Positions 45,877 through 59,853 are shown, numbered from the stretch's first letter. The stretch is DNA of 64,000 nt from an uncultured Chloroflexia bacterium (GCA_963718285.1 CAVQYU010000004.1:86838-150837); one strand, 5' to 3'. Numbers and translations: made by a program. The notes: a model not told the origin generated them from the sequence alone.

Positions 45877-46767
45877 TCAGCGCTGGCAGCCCCGGCAGAA
45901 CGAGGTCACGAAACCGCCCGGGCTGACCTCGCTGATCCTGGTGCCGCACCTGGGACAAGCCTGGCCGCCCTTGTTATGGACCGCCAGAAAGTCCCGGACC
46001 TGGGTCTCGAAGGTCGGCGGGACACGCCGGCGCAGGACCTCGATCGCGTTGGCCAGGGTGGTACCGGTCGCCGCGTGGAGCGCGCTGACCTCTTCCGGCG
46101 CGAGCGTTGCCCGACGGCGGAAGGGCAGCAGCCGGGCAGCGTGCAGGATCTCGTCGCTGTAGGCGTTGCCGATGCCGGCGACGAAGGCCTGGTTCTTGAG
46201 CAGGTTCTTGAGCTCGCCCGGGTGTCGCCGGATGCGTTCCTGCCACACCGCCAGGGTCAGGCCCGGGTCGTCGGCGTCCGGTCCGAGATCGCCGTCGAGG
46301 CCCGGGATCGGCCTCTCGACGCCCTCCGGCACGAGGTAGACCTTGCCCATCTGGGTCGGGTCGCGATAGCGAATCTCGACCAAGTCCTCGTCGCTGGGCA
46401 GCCAGCTGGCGCCCCGGGTCCAGGCCGCCCTGGCGGTTCCGGAGCGGCGGGCGGGCTTGCCGGGCGGGCGCCCGCCGAAGCCCAGCACCAGGGCCGTCTT
46501 GGACGGCAGCTTGGCGCCGGGCGCAGCGAGCTGGAACCGGCCGGTCAGCATGGGGTTGAACACCAGTCGGTCCAGGTCGAGCTCGATCAGGAGGAACTTG
46601 CCGCGCTGGGTGACCGCCTCGACCCGCCGTCCGACGAGCGCCGCCAGTTCGGCCGGCGTCCCTCGGACCGCGAGCGGCGCATGGCTGACGGCCGACTCGA
46701 TCCGGCGGCCGGCCAGGGCCGCCTGGAAGGCTTCGGCTACGATCGTGAGGTCGGGCAATTCAGGCAC
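45877..46767 (-). CDS. Fpg/Nei family DNA glycosylase
   Basis: N-terminal PELPD, RGKFL, AGIGNAYSDEIL and C-terminal CPRC..CRGCQ Zn finger. Confidence 0.92.
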   Translation of the reverse strand: MPELPDLTIVAEAFQAALAGRRIESAVSHAPLAVRGTPAELAALVGRRVEAVTQRGKFLLIELDLDRLVFNPMLTGRFQLAAPGAKLPSKTALVLGFGGRPPGKPARRSGTARAAWTRGASWLPSDEDLVEIRYRDPTQMGKVYLVPEGVERPIPGLDGDLGPDADDPGLTLAVWQERIRRHPGELKNLLKNQAFVAGIGNAYSDEILHAARLLPFRRRATLAPEEVSALHAATGTTLANAIEVLRRRVPPTFETQVRDFLAVHNKGGQACPRCGTRISEVSPGGFVTSFCRGCQR

Positions 46768-46981
46768 GCGGCCACGATTGTAGGCCGCGAAAATCCTGTG
46801 CTAGACTCTCCCGGCCCACGAGGCAGGACAGCAGAAGATCGTCGCCTGCGGCCATCGATCACGAAGGAGCGAACTGAGGCCCCACCGGACCTGACTCGCG
46901 AAATCGTTCGTCAACGGCTCGAGCGGCGCTCGGGCCGTTCCTGTTTCCCGGGGTAATCCCCGACAAGGAGAAACCACCAAA

Positions 46982-49177
46982 TTGACTGACCAGCAGCAGG
47001 ACGGGCCGGCGCCCGACGTCGAGGCAACCGCCGCGACGCAGCAGGCCGCCGAAGACAGCCCGGCGACGGTCGCCGTTGCCGACGAGCCCGCCAACGAGAC
47101 CGAGACCCCCACAGGCCAGGCACCCGAGGAGGCTGCCCCAGCAGCCACCGCCGCTCCGGCCGATGCCGAGCCGGCAGCCGAGGCTGAGGCGCCCGTCGAG
47201 CCGGCAGCCGACGCTGAGGCACCCGTCGAAGCATCAGCCGAGGCTGAGGCGCCCGCCGCCGCCGAGCCCGAGGCGACGGTCGAAGCGACCGCGGAGGCCG
47301 AGCCTGAATCGGCTCCCCAGAGCGAGGGTTCGGCCGAACGTGCGGCGGAGACCCCAACTGCCGTGGCCAACCCCGACTCGGCCGGATCCAACGGGATCGG
47401 CTCCGATGTTGACGCCGCCGAGCTGGCGGCCGAGCTGGCCGATGCGCCGGCCGCCGCCGACGAGGAGGAGCCGGAGCCCGTCCGCGACCTTGGCCCGGAG
47501 CCGACCACGATGGAGGAGCTGCTCGCCGAGCAGGACTCCGACATCAAGAGCTTCAAGCACGGCGATGTCGTCGAAGGCACGGTCGTCCGGATCGACAAGG
47601 ACGAGATCCTGGTCGACATCGGAGCCAAGAGCGAAGGGGTCGTCTCGAATCGCGAGCTGTACGGCCGGAATGCCGAGAGCTCTCCCCAGCTCGCGATCGG
47701 CGACGTCGTCCTGGTCTACGTCCTCCAGCCCGAATTGCAGGAGGGCCACGTGGTCCTGTCCCTGCGCCGAGCCGGCCTCGAGCGCAAGTGGCGCTCGATG
47801 CAGGAGCAGTTCGAGTCGGGCGTGATCATCGAGGCGCCGGTCATCGACCACAACAAGGGTGGCTTGATCGTCGACTGCGGCATCCGCGGCTTCGTGCCGA
47901 TCAGCCAGATCGTGGACTTCCCGCGCCGGCCCCAGAACGACCAGCCTCGGGACGCCGCCCAGGAGATCGCCGAGAAGCTCCAGCCGTTCGTTGGACGCAA
48001 GCTCCGGTTGAAGATCCTCGAGGTCAATCGCAAGGCCAACCGCCTGATCCTGTCCGAGAAGGTGGCGCTCTACGAGGAGCGCCGCGAGAAGCGCGACGAG
48101 CTGTTCAGCAGCCTCCAGGTTGGCCAGAAGGTCACCGGCTCGGTTCGCTCGATCGCACCCTTCGGCGTGTTCATCGACCTGGGCGGGATCGACGGCCTGG
48201 TCCACAAGAGCGAGCTGTCCTGGAACAAGGTCAACAACCCGGAGTCCGGCTACAAGGTCGGCGAGGAGGTCGAGGCCGAGGTCATCGACATCAACCACGA
48301 GCGTGGCCGGATCAGCCTGTCGATCCGCCGCCTGCAGCCGGACCCGTGGCACTCCACGGTGGCCGACTTCAAGGTCGGCGACATCATCGATGGCACCGTG
48401 ACCAAGCTGGTCAACTTCGGCGCCTTCGTCCGGGTCCGCGACGGGCTCGAAGGCCTGATCCACATCAGCGAGCTGTCCCAGCAGCGGGTCGCCCACCCGG
48501 GTGACGTCGTCCACGAGGGCCAGACGCTCAAGCTCAAGATCATCAGCCTCGACTCCGAGCGGCATCGCCTTGGCCTCAGCCTGAAGCAGGCCGAGGAGGC
48601 CCCGGCCCGGCCGGCTCCGGTCGAGAGCAGTGCCCCAAGCGCAGCGCCGGCCCGCGAAGCCCGGCCCGAGCGGCGGCCCCGGACCGACCGGCCCGAGCGT
48701 GGCTACTCGATGGCCGACGCCGTCCAGGAGCCCGAGGGCGGGATCGACAACACCCTGGCCGCGGCCTTCGCCCAGGTTCGCCAGCAGATGGCGGCGGCCG
48801 AGGCCGAGGACATCGAGTCCACGGTGGTGGCCGACGAGGTTGCCGAAGAGTCGGCTGCGGCCGAGGTCATCAGCGAGATCGTCGAGACCGTCGCTGCCGA
48901 TGAGGCCGAGCTCGAGGCCGCAGCCGGCGAGGAGCTCGACCGGATCGAAGATGCCGCGGCGGCCAACGAGGCCAACGAGGAGCCGGCCGCGGACGCCGAG
49001 GCCGACGTGATCGAGGCCGTGACCGAGGCTGAAGCCGGCGAAGAGCAGGCCGCCTCGGATGCGATCGCCGAGATCGTCGAGACCGTGGCCACCGACGAGG
49101 CCAACGAGGAGGCCGCCGCCTCGGAGGCGATCAAGGAGATCGCGCGCGAGACAATGGAGGCCAACACCGAGGGCTGA
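46982..49177 (+). CDS. rpsA: 30S ribosomal protein S1 (4 S1 domains) with long acidic N- and C-terminal extensions
   Basis: GDVVEG..VDIGAKSEG, NKGGLIV..GFVP, FGVFIDLGGIDGLVH and FGAFV..EGLIHISEL; AAGGAG RBS with a TTG start. Confidence 0.92.
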   Translation: MTDQQQDGPAPDVEATAATQQAAEDSPATVAVADEPANETETPTGQAPEEAAPAATAAPADAEPAAEAEAPVEPAADAEAPVEASAEAEAPAAAEPEATVEATAEAEPESAPQSEGSAERAAETPTAVANPDSAGSNGIGSDVDAAELAAELADAPAAADEEEPEPVRDLGPEPTTMEELLAEQDSDIKSFKHGDVVEGTVVRIDKDEILVDIGAKSEGVVSNRELYGRNAESSPQLAIGDVVLVYVLQPELQEGHVVLSLRRAGLERKWRSMQEQFESGVIIEAPVIDHNKGGLIVDCGIRGFVPISQIVDFPRRPQNDQPRDAAQEIAEKLQPFVGRKLRLKILEVNRKANRLILSEKVALYEERREKRDELFSSLQVGQKVTGSVRSIAPFGVFIDLGGIDGLVHKSELSWNKVNNPESGYKVGEEVEAEVIDINHERGRISLSIRRLQPDPWHSTVADFKVGDIIDGTVTKLVNFGAFVRVRDGLEGLIHISELSQQRVAHPGDVVHEGQTLKLKIISLDSERHRLGLSLKQAEEAPARPAPVESSAPSAAPAREARPERRPRTDRPERGYSMADAVQEPEGGIDNTLAAAFAQVRQQMAAAEAEDIESTVVADEVAEESAAAEVISEIVETVAADEAELEAAAGEELDRIEDAAAANEANEEPAADAEADVIEAVTEAEAGEEQAASDAIAEIVETVATDEANEEAAASEAIKEIARETMEANTEG

Positions 49178-49412
49178 TCGGGCGGGCCGTGCCCGAGACC
49201 GCGCAACCTGACGGCCCGCCGGATCGCCCGGTGGGTCGTTCGATTCGGTGGCTGGGGTCGCGTCCGGCAATCCGCCCGGAGCCTGGACGCGAATGACAGA
49301 CTGCCGCTACCGGGACCGGCGACCGGATCGGTTGCGCAGCGTGGTCAAGGTGCTAGCATGACCAGACAGGCGTCCCCCGGACGCTCAAACGAGGAACAGG
49401 CGTTCGAACTCG

Positions 49413-51890
<2,478 letters not shown>

Positions 51891-51907
51891 CGGCCGGCAC
51901 CGGGAGG

Positions 51908-53359
51908 ATGGCCAGGGCCCAGAGTCGCTACGTCTGCCAGCAGTGCGGCGAGGCGTACCTGCGCTGGGAGGGCCAGTGCCGCAATTGTGGTGGCTGGAAC
52001 AGCCTCGTCGAGACGCTTGTCCGCGAGCCCTCCAAGGCCAGCCGGGCCAGCCGGCCGGGTGCTGTCGCAGGCGCCAGTTCGGGTCGCGACCAGCCCGAGG
52101 CCTTGGCCCGGGTCACCGACGTCGACCTGCCCCGCCTGTCGGTCGAGCTGCCTGAGCTGGACCGCGTTCTGGGCGGGGGATTGGTGCCCGGCTCGGTCGT
52201 CCTGGTCGGGGGCGAGCCGGGCATCGGCAAGTCCACCCTGCTGCTCCAGGCGGCGGCCGGCGTCGCCCGGTCGGGCTCGGTCCTGTACGCCAGTGGCGAG
52301 GAGTCGGCGGCCCAGGTCCGCCTCCGGGCGACCCGCCTCGGCCTGGTCGACGGCGCGGCCGGCGAGCGGGTCCGGGTCGTTGCCGAGGCGTCGATCGATC
52401 GAATCGTGGACCTCGCCCTGGCCGAACGGCCGAGCCTCCTGATCGTCGACTCGATCCAGACCGCCACCGTCGACGATCTCGACGGCGCGGCCGGTAGCGT
52501 GGGCCAGGTCCGCGAGTCCACCCTGCGCCTGATGGAGCTGGCCAAGAGCGGCGGCCAGAGCGGCCGCCAGGCCGATGGGCGAGCCAACCGGCCGGGGGAC
52601 GACCGGGCGATCGCCGTGGTCGTCGTCGGCCACGTCACCAAGGACGGCTCGCTGGCCGGGCCAAAGACGCTCGAGCACCTCGTCGATGCCGTGATCGGGC
52701 TGGAAGGCGAGCGCTTCGCCACCCTGCGCCTCCTGCGGGCGACGAAGAACCGCTTCGGGTCGACCGAGGAGGTTGGCGTCCTGGAGATGGGCGAGCTCGG
52801 CCTGTCGGCCCTGGGCGATCCCGCCCGGGCGTTCCTGACCGAGCACGACGGGAGCGCCTCGGGGAGTGTCGTCGCGCCGACCCTCGAAGGCTCGCGGCCG
52901 CTCATGGTCGAGGTCCAGGCCCTGACCGCCTCGACCGCCTACGGCACGCCCCGCCGGACCGCCAGCGGGATCGACCAGAACCGACTGGCCCTGCTCGTGG
53001 CCGTCCTCGGCCGGCGGGCCGGGATCGGCCTGGGCAGCCACGACGTCTACGCCAACCTGGCCGGCGGCCTGGCCCTCGACGAGCCAGCCCTCGACCTGCC
53101 CGTCGCCCTTGCCCTGGCCAGCTCGTTCCGGGATCGTCCGGTGCGCCCGGGCACCGTCGCGATCGGCGAGGTCGGCCTGCTCGGCGAGCTGCGCTCGGTT
53201 GTCGGCCTGGAGCGGCGCCTGCGCGAGGCCGCCCGGCTCGGCTTCGATCGGGCGATCGTGCCCCGGCCGGGCCGGGCCGGCTCGATCCCCCCGATCGACG
53301 GCCTGGAGGTCGTGGCCGTGGCCACCCTGCGCGAGGCTGTCGAGCGCGCCCTCGCCTGA
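51908..53359 (+). CDS. radA: DNA repair protein RadA/Sms
   Basis: C4 Zn finger, GEPGIGKST, KNRFG and Lon-like C-terminus. Confidence 0.97.
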   Translation: MARAQSRYVCQQCGEAYLRWEGQCRNCGGWNSLVETLVREPSKASRASRPGAVAGASSGRDQPEALARVTDVDLPRLSVELPELDRVLGGGLVPGSVVLVGGEPGIGKSTLLLQAAAGVARSGSVLYASGEESAAQVRLRATRLGLVDGAAGERVRVVAEASIDRIVDLALAERPSLLIVDSIQTATVDDLDGAAGSVGQVRESTLRLMELAKSGGQSGRQADGRANRPGDDRAIAVVVVGHVTKDGSLAGPKTLEHLVDAVIGLEGERFATLRLLRATKNRFGSTEEVGVLEMGELGLSALGDPARAFLTEHDGSASGSVVAPTLEGSRPLMVEVQALTASTAYGTPRRTASGIDQNRLALLVAVLGRRAGIGLGSHDVYANLAGGLALDEPALDLPVALALASSFRDRPVRPGTVAIGEVGLLGELRSVVGLERRLREAARLGFDRAIVPRPGRAGSIPPIDGLEVVAVATLREAVERALA

Positions 53360-53471
53360 CGATTCGAACCGGACGATGGCCGGCCGGCGATGCTAGGCTG
53401 ACCGCTCGTCGGGGCTCGCACCCGGGTCTGGCCACGTTCGGCCGTTTGCCCGCAGCACCTCTTGAGGGACC

Positions 53472-54533
53472 GTGATCCGCATCATTCGCCTGCTGGGCGC
53501 TGCGCTCGGCGCGTTCATCGGGCTCGGCCTGGCGACCGCGAGCGGCCTGTTCCAGGAGACCGGCAGCTCCTACGGCCTGATCCTGGCCGCCTGGACGGTC
53601 GCCTGGCTCATCGTCGGCTTCGCCATCCTGCCCTACCTCACGATCGTGCCGGCGACCTGGATCGTGCGCAGCGTCCAGGCCCTGTCCACGGCCGAGTTCG
53701 TGACGGCCGTGGTCGGCCTGCTCATCGGCCTGCTGATGGGCCTCCTGCTGGGCGCCCCGCTCTCGAACTTTCCCGATCCGCTGGGCCGCTGGCTGCCCCT
53801 GGCGACGTCCATCGGCTTCGGCCTGGGGATGGTCGGCCTGACAGTCGCCAAGCGCCAGGACCTGATCGTGGCGGCCGAGGCGATCGGGGTCTTCCGGCGG
53901 CCCGAGGTGGCCGATGCGGCGGCGATTCGCAAGGGCGACCCGCACATCATCGTGGACACCAGCGCGATCATCGACGGCCGGATCAAGGAGATCGTCGAAT
54001 CCGGGTTCATCTACGGCACCCTGGTCGTTCCGCGTTTCGTCCTCGAGGAGCTCCAGCACATCGCCGACAGCTCCGACACCCTGCGCCGCAATCGAGGCCG
54101 GCGAGGCCTCGAGATCCTGGCCCAGATGCAGAAGGACTCGCCGACCCCCGTGGAGATCGTCGAGGATGAGGTCCGCGATGTGACCGAGGTCGATGCCAAG
54201 CTGGTCGCCCTGGCCAAGCGCTACAGCGGAGCGATCCTGACCAACGACTTCAACCTCAACCGGGTGGCCGAGCTGCAGGGCCTGCGGGTCCTCAACATCA
54301 ACTCCTTGGCCAACGCGGTCAAGCCGGCCGTGCTGCCCGGCGAAGGCCTCCACGTCAAGGTGATCCAGGACGGCAAGGAAGCCGGCCAGGGGGTGGGCTT
54401 CCTCGACGACGGCACGATGATCGTGGTCGAGGGCGGCGCCCGGTTCATCGACCGTGAGCTCGAGGTGACGGTCACCCGCGTCCTCCAGACGGTGGCCGGG
54501 CGGATGGTCTTCGCCCAGCCGCGCACCGAGTGA
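53472..54533 (+). CDS. Membrane PIN/TRAM domain protein (YacL-like)
   Basis: 4 TM helices, [16 protein letters not shown] and [14 protein letters not shown]. Confidence 0.93.
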   Translation: MIRIIRLLGAALGAFIGLGLATASGLFQETGSSYGLILAAWTVAWLIVGFAILPYLTIVPATWIVRSVQALSTAEFVTAVVGLLIGLLMGLLLGAPLSNFPDPLGRWLPLATSIGFGLGMVGLTVAKRQDLIVAAEAIGVFRRPEVADAAAIRKGDPHIIVDTSAIIDGRIKEIVESGFIYGTLVVPRFVLEELQHIADSSDTLRRNRGRRGLEILAQMQKDSPTPVEIVEDEVRDVTEVDAKLVALAKRYSGAILTNDFNLNRVAELQGLRVLNINSLANAVKPAVLPGEGLHVKVIQDGKEAGQGVGFLDDGTMIVVEGGARFIDRELEVTVTRVLQTVAGRMVFAQPRTE

Positions 54534-55792
54534 CCCCGGCGGCCGGTCCGCCCCAACCCGGCAGCGTCGATGTCGTGGTGGTGGCGGCCGGAGCCAGCCG
54601 GCGGATGTCCGGCCGGGACAAGCTGGCCGCGGTCATCGGTGGTCGGCCGCTCCTGGCCTGGACGCTCGAGCGCCTGGCCGCCGCGGCCGAGGTTGGCCGG
54701 ATCGTCGTCGTGACTTCGACCGAGCGGCTCCCGGACCTGCGCCTGGCGGCCTGGCTGCCGGCCTCGGTCGTGGACGTGGTGGCCGGGGGAGCCCGACGCC
54801 AGGAATTGGTCGCGGCCGGCGTCGAGCGTCTCGCCCGCGAAGCCGGCGGGACGGCCCCGGATCGGCTGATCCTGGTCCACGACGGGGCCCGCCCGCTGAT
54901 CTCGACCGAGCTGGTCGCTGCGGTGGCCGAAGCCACCCGCCGGCATGGGGCGGCGATCCCCGTCCTGGCCCTGGCCGAGACGGTCAAGCGGATCGCCGGT
55001 GACGACGTGGTCGAGACCGTCGACCGGACCGGCCTGGCCACCGCCCAGACGCCGCAGGGCATCAGGCGCGATCTGCTCGAGCGCGCCTGGGCCTCCTTTC
55101 CGGCCGCCGGCCCGAGGACGTTCACCGATGAGGCCAGCCTCCTGGAGGCTTGTAGAATCCCGGTCCATGCCGTCCCAGGCGACCCCGTGAACATCAAGGT
55201 GACCGTGCCCGAGGATCTCGGCCGGGCGGCCGCCGCATTGCTCGGGAAGGGGGCGCCGGCAGGCGCCGGCCGGCCGGCCATCCGGGTCGGCTTCGGGTCC
55301 GATGAGCATCCGTTCGGGCCGGGCCGTTCGCTGGCCCTGGCTGGGATCACGATCTCCGGCAGCCCCTCGCTGCACGGCCACTCGGACGGCGACGTCGCCC
55401 TTCACGCAATCGCCGACGCCCTGCTTGGCGCGTGCGGGCTGGGCGATCTCGGGCGGCTGTTCCCGGCCGGTCCGGAGACGCCCCGCGGCGCGGCCAGCGG
55501 GCCGATGCTCGGCACGGTCCTCGAGCGGGTCCGCGCGGCCGGCTATGCGCCGACTTCGCTCGACCTGACGATCGTGGCGGCCCGGCCGCGCCTCGCCGAG
55601 CACCTCGACGCGATGCGCCTGGCCGTTGCCGAGCTGGTCGGGCTGGCGCCGGCGCGGGTCAACGTCAAGGCCTCGAGCGGCAACCTCGAGGGCTGGCAGG
55701 GCGCGGGCCGGGGGATCAGCGCGACGGCCGTGGCCGTGGTCGAGGCCGTGGTCGAGGCTGTGCCCGAGGCTTTCGTCGAGGCCGGGCCGTGA
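54530..55792 (+). CDS. ispDF: Bifunctional IspD/IspF
   Basis: [24 protein letters not shown]; then GFGSDEH, HSDGD and NVKA. Confidence 0.92.
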   Translation: MTPAAGPPQPGSVDVVVVAAGASRRMSGRDKLAAVIGGRPLLAWTLERLAAAAEVGRIVVVTSTERLPDLRLAAWLPASVVDVVAGGARRQELVAAGVERLAREAGGTAPDRLILVHDGARPLISTELVAAVAEATRRHGAAIPVLALAETVKRIAGDDVVETVDRTGLATAQTPQGIRRDLLERAWASFPAAGPRTFTDEASLLEACRIPVHAVPGDPVNIKVTVPEDLGRAAAALLGKGAPAGAGRPAIRVGFGSDEHPFGPGRSLALAGITISGSPSLHGHSDGDVALHAIADALLGACGLGDLGRLFPAGPETPRGAASGPMLGTVLERVRAAGYAPTSLDLTIVAARPRLAEHLDAMRLAVAELVGLAPARVNVKASSGNLEGWQGAGRGISATAVAVVEAVVEAVPEAFVEAGP

Positions 55793-57198
55793 TCAACCTG
55801 CTCGACACGCTGACCGGCCAGAAACGAGAGCTCGTGCCCCTTGAGCCCGGTCACGTCCGGATCTACTCCTGCGGGCCAACGGTCTACGGTCCGGCCCACA
55901 TCGGCAACTTCCGCTCGTTCCTGTTCGCCGACCTGCTCGTGCGCTACCTGCGCTACCGCGGCCTGCGCGTCACCTGGGTGATGAACATCACCGACATCGA
56001 CGACAAGATCATTCGCGGCGCGGCAGCCCAGGGGATCTCGATCGGCCAGCTGACCGGGCGTTGGACCGACCGATTCCTGGCCGATGCCGCAGCGCTCCGG
56101 ATGACCCCGCCAGAAGTTCTGCCGCGGGCAACCGAGCACATTCCCGAGATCACCGCCCTGATCGAGACGCTGATCGCGGGCGGCCATGCCTACCGGGCCG
56201 ACGACGGCTCGATCTTCTTCCGGATCGCCTCCTGGCCGACCTACGGCCGGCTCGCCCGCCTGGACCCGGACCAGCTCCGGGTGGGCGAGCGGGTCGAAGC
56301 CGACGAGTACGCCAAGGACGACATCCGGGACTTCGCCTTGTGGAAGGGTCCCAAGCCGGGCGAGCCGGTCTATGCCACCTCGATCGGCGAAGGAAGGCCG
56401 GGCTGGCATATCGAATGCTCGGCGATGAGCATGAAACACCTCGGCCCGTCCTTCGACATCCACACCGGGGCGGTCGACCTGATCTTCCCCCACCACGAAG
56501 ACGAGCTGGCCCAGAGCGAGGCGGCGACCGGGCTGCCCTTCGTCCAGACCTGGCTGCACTGCGCCCATCTCCAGATGGCCGGCTCGAAGATGGCCAAGTC
56601 GACCGGCAACATCGAGCGGGTCGGGGACCTGCTCGAGCGGGGCGTGTCGGCCCGGGCCCTGCGCTACGTCCTGATCTCGGTTCATTACCGGGCCGCCCTG
56701 AACTACACGGAGGCGTCGCTGGGGGCGGCCGGATCGGCCCTCGATCGCCTCGACGCCCTGCTGGCGGCCCTGGCCTCGTACCACGAGGACCGGCCGGATG
56801 ACGCGGGCTTGGTCGAGCTCGTCGACTCCACCCGGGCCGGCTTCGAGCGGGCGCTCGACGACGACCTGAACATCGCTCCGGCGCTGGGCGTGGTGTTCGA
56901 TTTCATCCGCGAAGTGAATCGCCGAATCGACGGCCGGGCTCTGTCCACCGTCGACGCCGCAACCGTGACATCCTTCCTGCACGATCTCGATCGCGTCCTC
57001 GGGATCGGGCCGGACCTCGTCGACGAGGGGATCGAGCCCGAGATCGAGGCGCTCCTGGCGGCCCGGACGGCGGCTCGGACCGCTCGCCAATGGGCGGAGT
57101 CGGATCGCCTCCGGGATGAGCTCGCCGCGCGCGGGGTTGTCGTCGAGGACACGCGCGACGGCCAGCGATGGCGTCGACTGGAGGCAACCCATGGCTGA
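55789..57198 (+). CDS. cysS: Cysteinyl-tRNA synthetase
   Basis: CGPTVY..HIGN, GRPGWHIECSAM and KMAKS. Confidence 0.96.
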   Translation: MINLLDTLTGQKRELVPLEPGHVRIYSCGPTVYGPAHIGNFRSFLFADLLVRYLRYRGLRVTWVMNITDIDDKIIRGAAAQGISIGQLTGRWTDRFLADAAALRMTPPEVLPRATEHIPEITALIETLIAGGHAYRADDGSIFFRIASWPTYGRLARLDPDQLRVGERVEADEYAKDDIRDFALWKGPKPGEPVYATSIGEGRPGWHIECSAMSMKHLGPSFDIHTGAVDLIFPHHEDELAQSEAATGLPFVQTWLHCAHLQMAGSKMAKSTGNIERVGDLLERGVSARALRYVLISVHYRAALNYTEASLGAAGSALDRLDALLAALASYHEDRPDDAGLVELVDSTRAGFERALDDDLNIAPALGVVFDFIREVNRRIDGRALSTVDAATVTSFLHDLDRVLGIGPDLVDEGIEPEIEALLAARTAARTARQWAESDRLRDELAARGVVVEDTRDGQRWRRLEATHG

Positions 57199-59303
57199 CG
57201 GCGAGAGCTCGAGTCCCCGCCCCAAACGAGTCAAGCCTGACCGGCCCCGACCGGCCGGGGGATCGGGCCGGCCGGCATCCGGAGGTTCGCGCGGCGGCGG
57301 ACCGCGCGCTGGCGGTTCCCGTCCCGGCGGGCCCCGTCCGGGCGGCTCCGGTTTCGGCGGCCAGCGGAGCGGCGGCGGTCGCCCGGAGGCGGGTCAGCGT
57401 CCCGAAGGCCAGCGTCCGGGCCGTCCCGGTCCGGCGATTCCGCGCGGGCCGGGCGGCCGACCAGGCTTCGTCCGTCCCGATTTCGCCCGTCCGGATTTCG
57501 ATCGACCCGCCTTCGACCGTTCGGGCCAGGATCGCTCCGGCCCCGATCGGTCCCCATCCGACCGGGGAGGAGATCGCCCGCGCTTCGATCGGCCCAGGTT
57601 CGAAGGTCCGAGGTCCGACAGTCCGAGATTCGAACGTCCTCGTCCGGCCCGTTCAGGCTTTGGCTTCCAGGGTGGCTCAGGCCGGCCCGAGCGGTCCGGG
57701 CCAGAGCACGGCCGCCCGACCGGCTCTCCCGATCGCCCCCGCCACTCTGGGCCGCCCGACCGGTCCCCGGATCGATCGACGGAGCGGGCCGGCAGGCCAT
57801 TTGGGCGACCCGACGCGGTCCGGGAACGGATCTTCGATCGGGCCGCCGCCCCATTCGACGGTCCGCCGCATGGTCCAGGACCTTCGGGTCGGCCCGTTGG
57901 CCGGCCATCGGGTCCCCGGCCGCCGTTCCAGCGCGCCGCTGGTCCCGGCCGCGACCTTCCGCCCGGGCCGCGTCCCGCGCCGAGCCGATCATTCGGCCGG
58001 CCCGACCGGCCCAATCAGCCATGGGCCGAACGCGCCCGGCCGGCTGCCTTCAACCGACCGGTTCTGGCGCCGGCCGAAGCCGGTTTGGTCGAGGCGGGTG
58101 ACGAGATCGTGGCCGGCCGCCGGCCCGTCGAGGAGGCCTTCGTCGCCCGCCGCGAAGCACGCCGGCTGCTGGTTGTGCCCCAGCGCCGCGATGCGCTCGA
58201 GAAGCTCGTCCTGCACGCCACCAGCCTGCGCATCCCGATCGTCGAGGTCGAGGGCGGGTCCCTGACCGGGCTGACCGGCTTCGATGGCCATCAGGGCATC
58301 GCCCTCGTCGTGGCCCCGCGCCGTTACGCCACGGTTGCCGACATCCTGGCCCGGGCGGTCGAGCGCTCCGAGCCGCCGTTCGTGCTCGTCCTCGACTCGC
58401 TCGAGGATCCCCAGAACGTGGGCACCCTGTTGCGCAGCGCCGAGGCGGCCGGCGCCCACGGCGTCCTCTTCCCGACCCATCGCCAGGCGCCCCTCACCCC
58501 GGCCGCGGTCAAGGCCTCGGCCGGGGCCGTGGAGCACCTCCTGCTGGCCCCGGTCGATGACCTGGCCGGCGCTCTGGCCGACCTCCACGTGGCCGGGCTG
58601 CGGGTCGTCGGGGCCGAGGCGGACGCCCCGCTGACCGTGCGCGAGGCCGACCTGCGTGGTCCGATCGCCCTGGTCGTCGGCAGCGAAGGCCAGGGCCTCG
58701 GCCCGGCCGTCCGGCGCCGCTGCGACCTGATGGTCAGGATCCCGATGCGTGGCGCGATCGGCTCGCTCAACGCCTCGGTGGCCGGCTCGATCCTGCTGTT
58801 CGAGGCGACGACCCAGCGGGTCGGCCTGGGGACGGGGCCCGTTCCGGCGGCGTCGCCCGCGGCAGAGGCGTCGGTCGCCGAGGAGCCGGCCGAGGAGGCG
58901 CAAGGCGCGGAGCCCAAGCCGGCCAAGGCTGCCAGGGTCACCCGGCCGAAGTCCGCGAAGGCGGAAGAACCGGCCAGCCCCAAGGTGGCTACCGCCAAGG
59001 TGACGGCCGCCAAGCCGGACGGGCCAAAGGTTGCCAAGGCCGCCAAACCGATCAGCGCCAAGGCCGCTGCCGCCAAGACGCCGAAACCGGCCAAGGCGAC
59101 AGCGGCCAGCGCAGCCAAGGCCAGCGCAGCCAAGACCGCGGCCAAGCTCAGCCAAACTCGTCAAGGCGGCCAAACCCGCCAGCGCAGCCAAACCCGTTAA
59201 GGCGGCCAAACCCGCCAAGGCGGCCAAGGTGGGCCGGACGGCCAAGCAACCCAGGCACAAGGCCGCCGTCGCCACCGACTCGGGCGACGAGCTGCTCCCC
59301 TGA
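57191..59303 (+). CDS. rlmB: 23S rRNA Gm2251 methyltransferase with Arg/Pro/Gly-rich N-terminus and Lys/Ala-rich C-tail (indel near 59150)
   Basis: HQGI, LDSLEDPQNVG..RSA, GSEGQG and IPMRG..SLNASVA (SpoU fold). Confidence 0.9.
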
Positions 59304-59524
59304 CCCCGGGCCAGCCACCCGACCGAACTCTTGCCATTCAGCAGCGCCGGTGCTGGCAGGGAGAATCAGGCCGATGGGCCGGGCCCGCAGCCGGGGGACC
59401 GCTGGATCGTGGAAACTCGGCCAGGCACGGCAATCAGGCCCGGCTGGGCGCGCTTGACCCGTTCGGGCGCTGAGCCCTATCATTCGCGGGCGCCACGGGA
59501 CCTTCCTGCGGTATGGTTCTGCGC

Positions 59525-59600
59525 GCCGACGTAGCTCAATTGGTAGAGCAGCGGTTTTGTAAACCGCCGGTTCCGGGTTCGAGTCCCGTCGTCGGCTCCA
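59525..59600 (+). tRNA. tRNA-Thr(TGT)
   Basis: Anticodon loop TTTGTAA; CCA. Confidence 0.96.
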
Positions 59601-59661
59601 ACGCGAATAACGCTCGTTTCCCGGTCCACCGCGGGCCGCAGCCCGATCGGGAACGTTTCAT

Positions 59662-59746
59662 GGGTAGGTTGAGCAGGTGGTGAGCTCTGCTGACTGTAGA
59701 TCAGCTGTCTTCGACTGTGGGGGTTCGATTCCCTTCCTGCCCACCA
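59662..59746 (+). tRNA. tRNA-Tyr(GTA)
   Basis: Anticodon arm GCTGA-CTGTAGA-TCAGC, short variable stem, CCA; usual Thr-Tyr-Thr-tuf context. Confidence 0.9.
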
Positions 59747-59777
59747 AGTTCCGGCTCGTGAATCGGAAGGATCCCTG

Positions 59778-59853
59778 GCCCACATAGCTCAGCTGGCAGA
59801 GCACTTCCTTGGTAAGGAAGAGGTCATCGGTTCAAGTCCGATTGTGGGCTCCA
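59778..59853 (+). tRNA. tRNA-Thr(GGT)
   Basis: Anticodon loop TTGGTAA; CCA. Confidence 0.96.
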
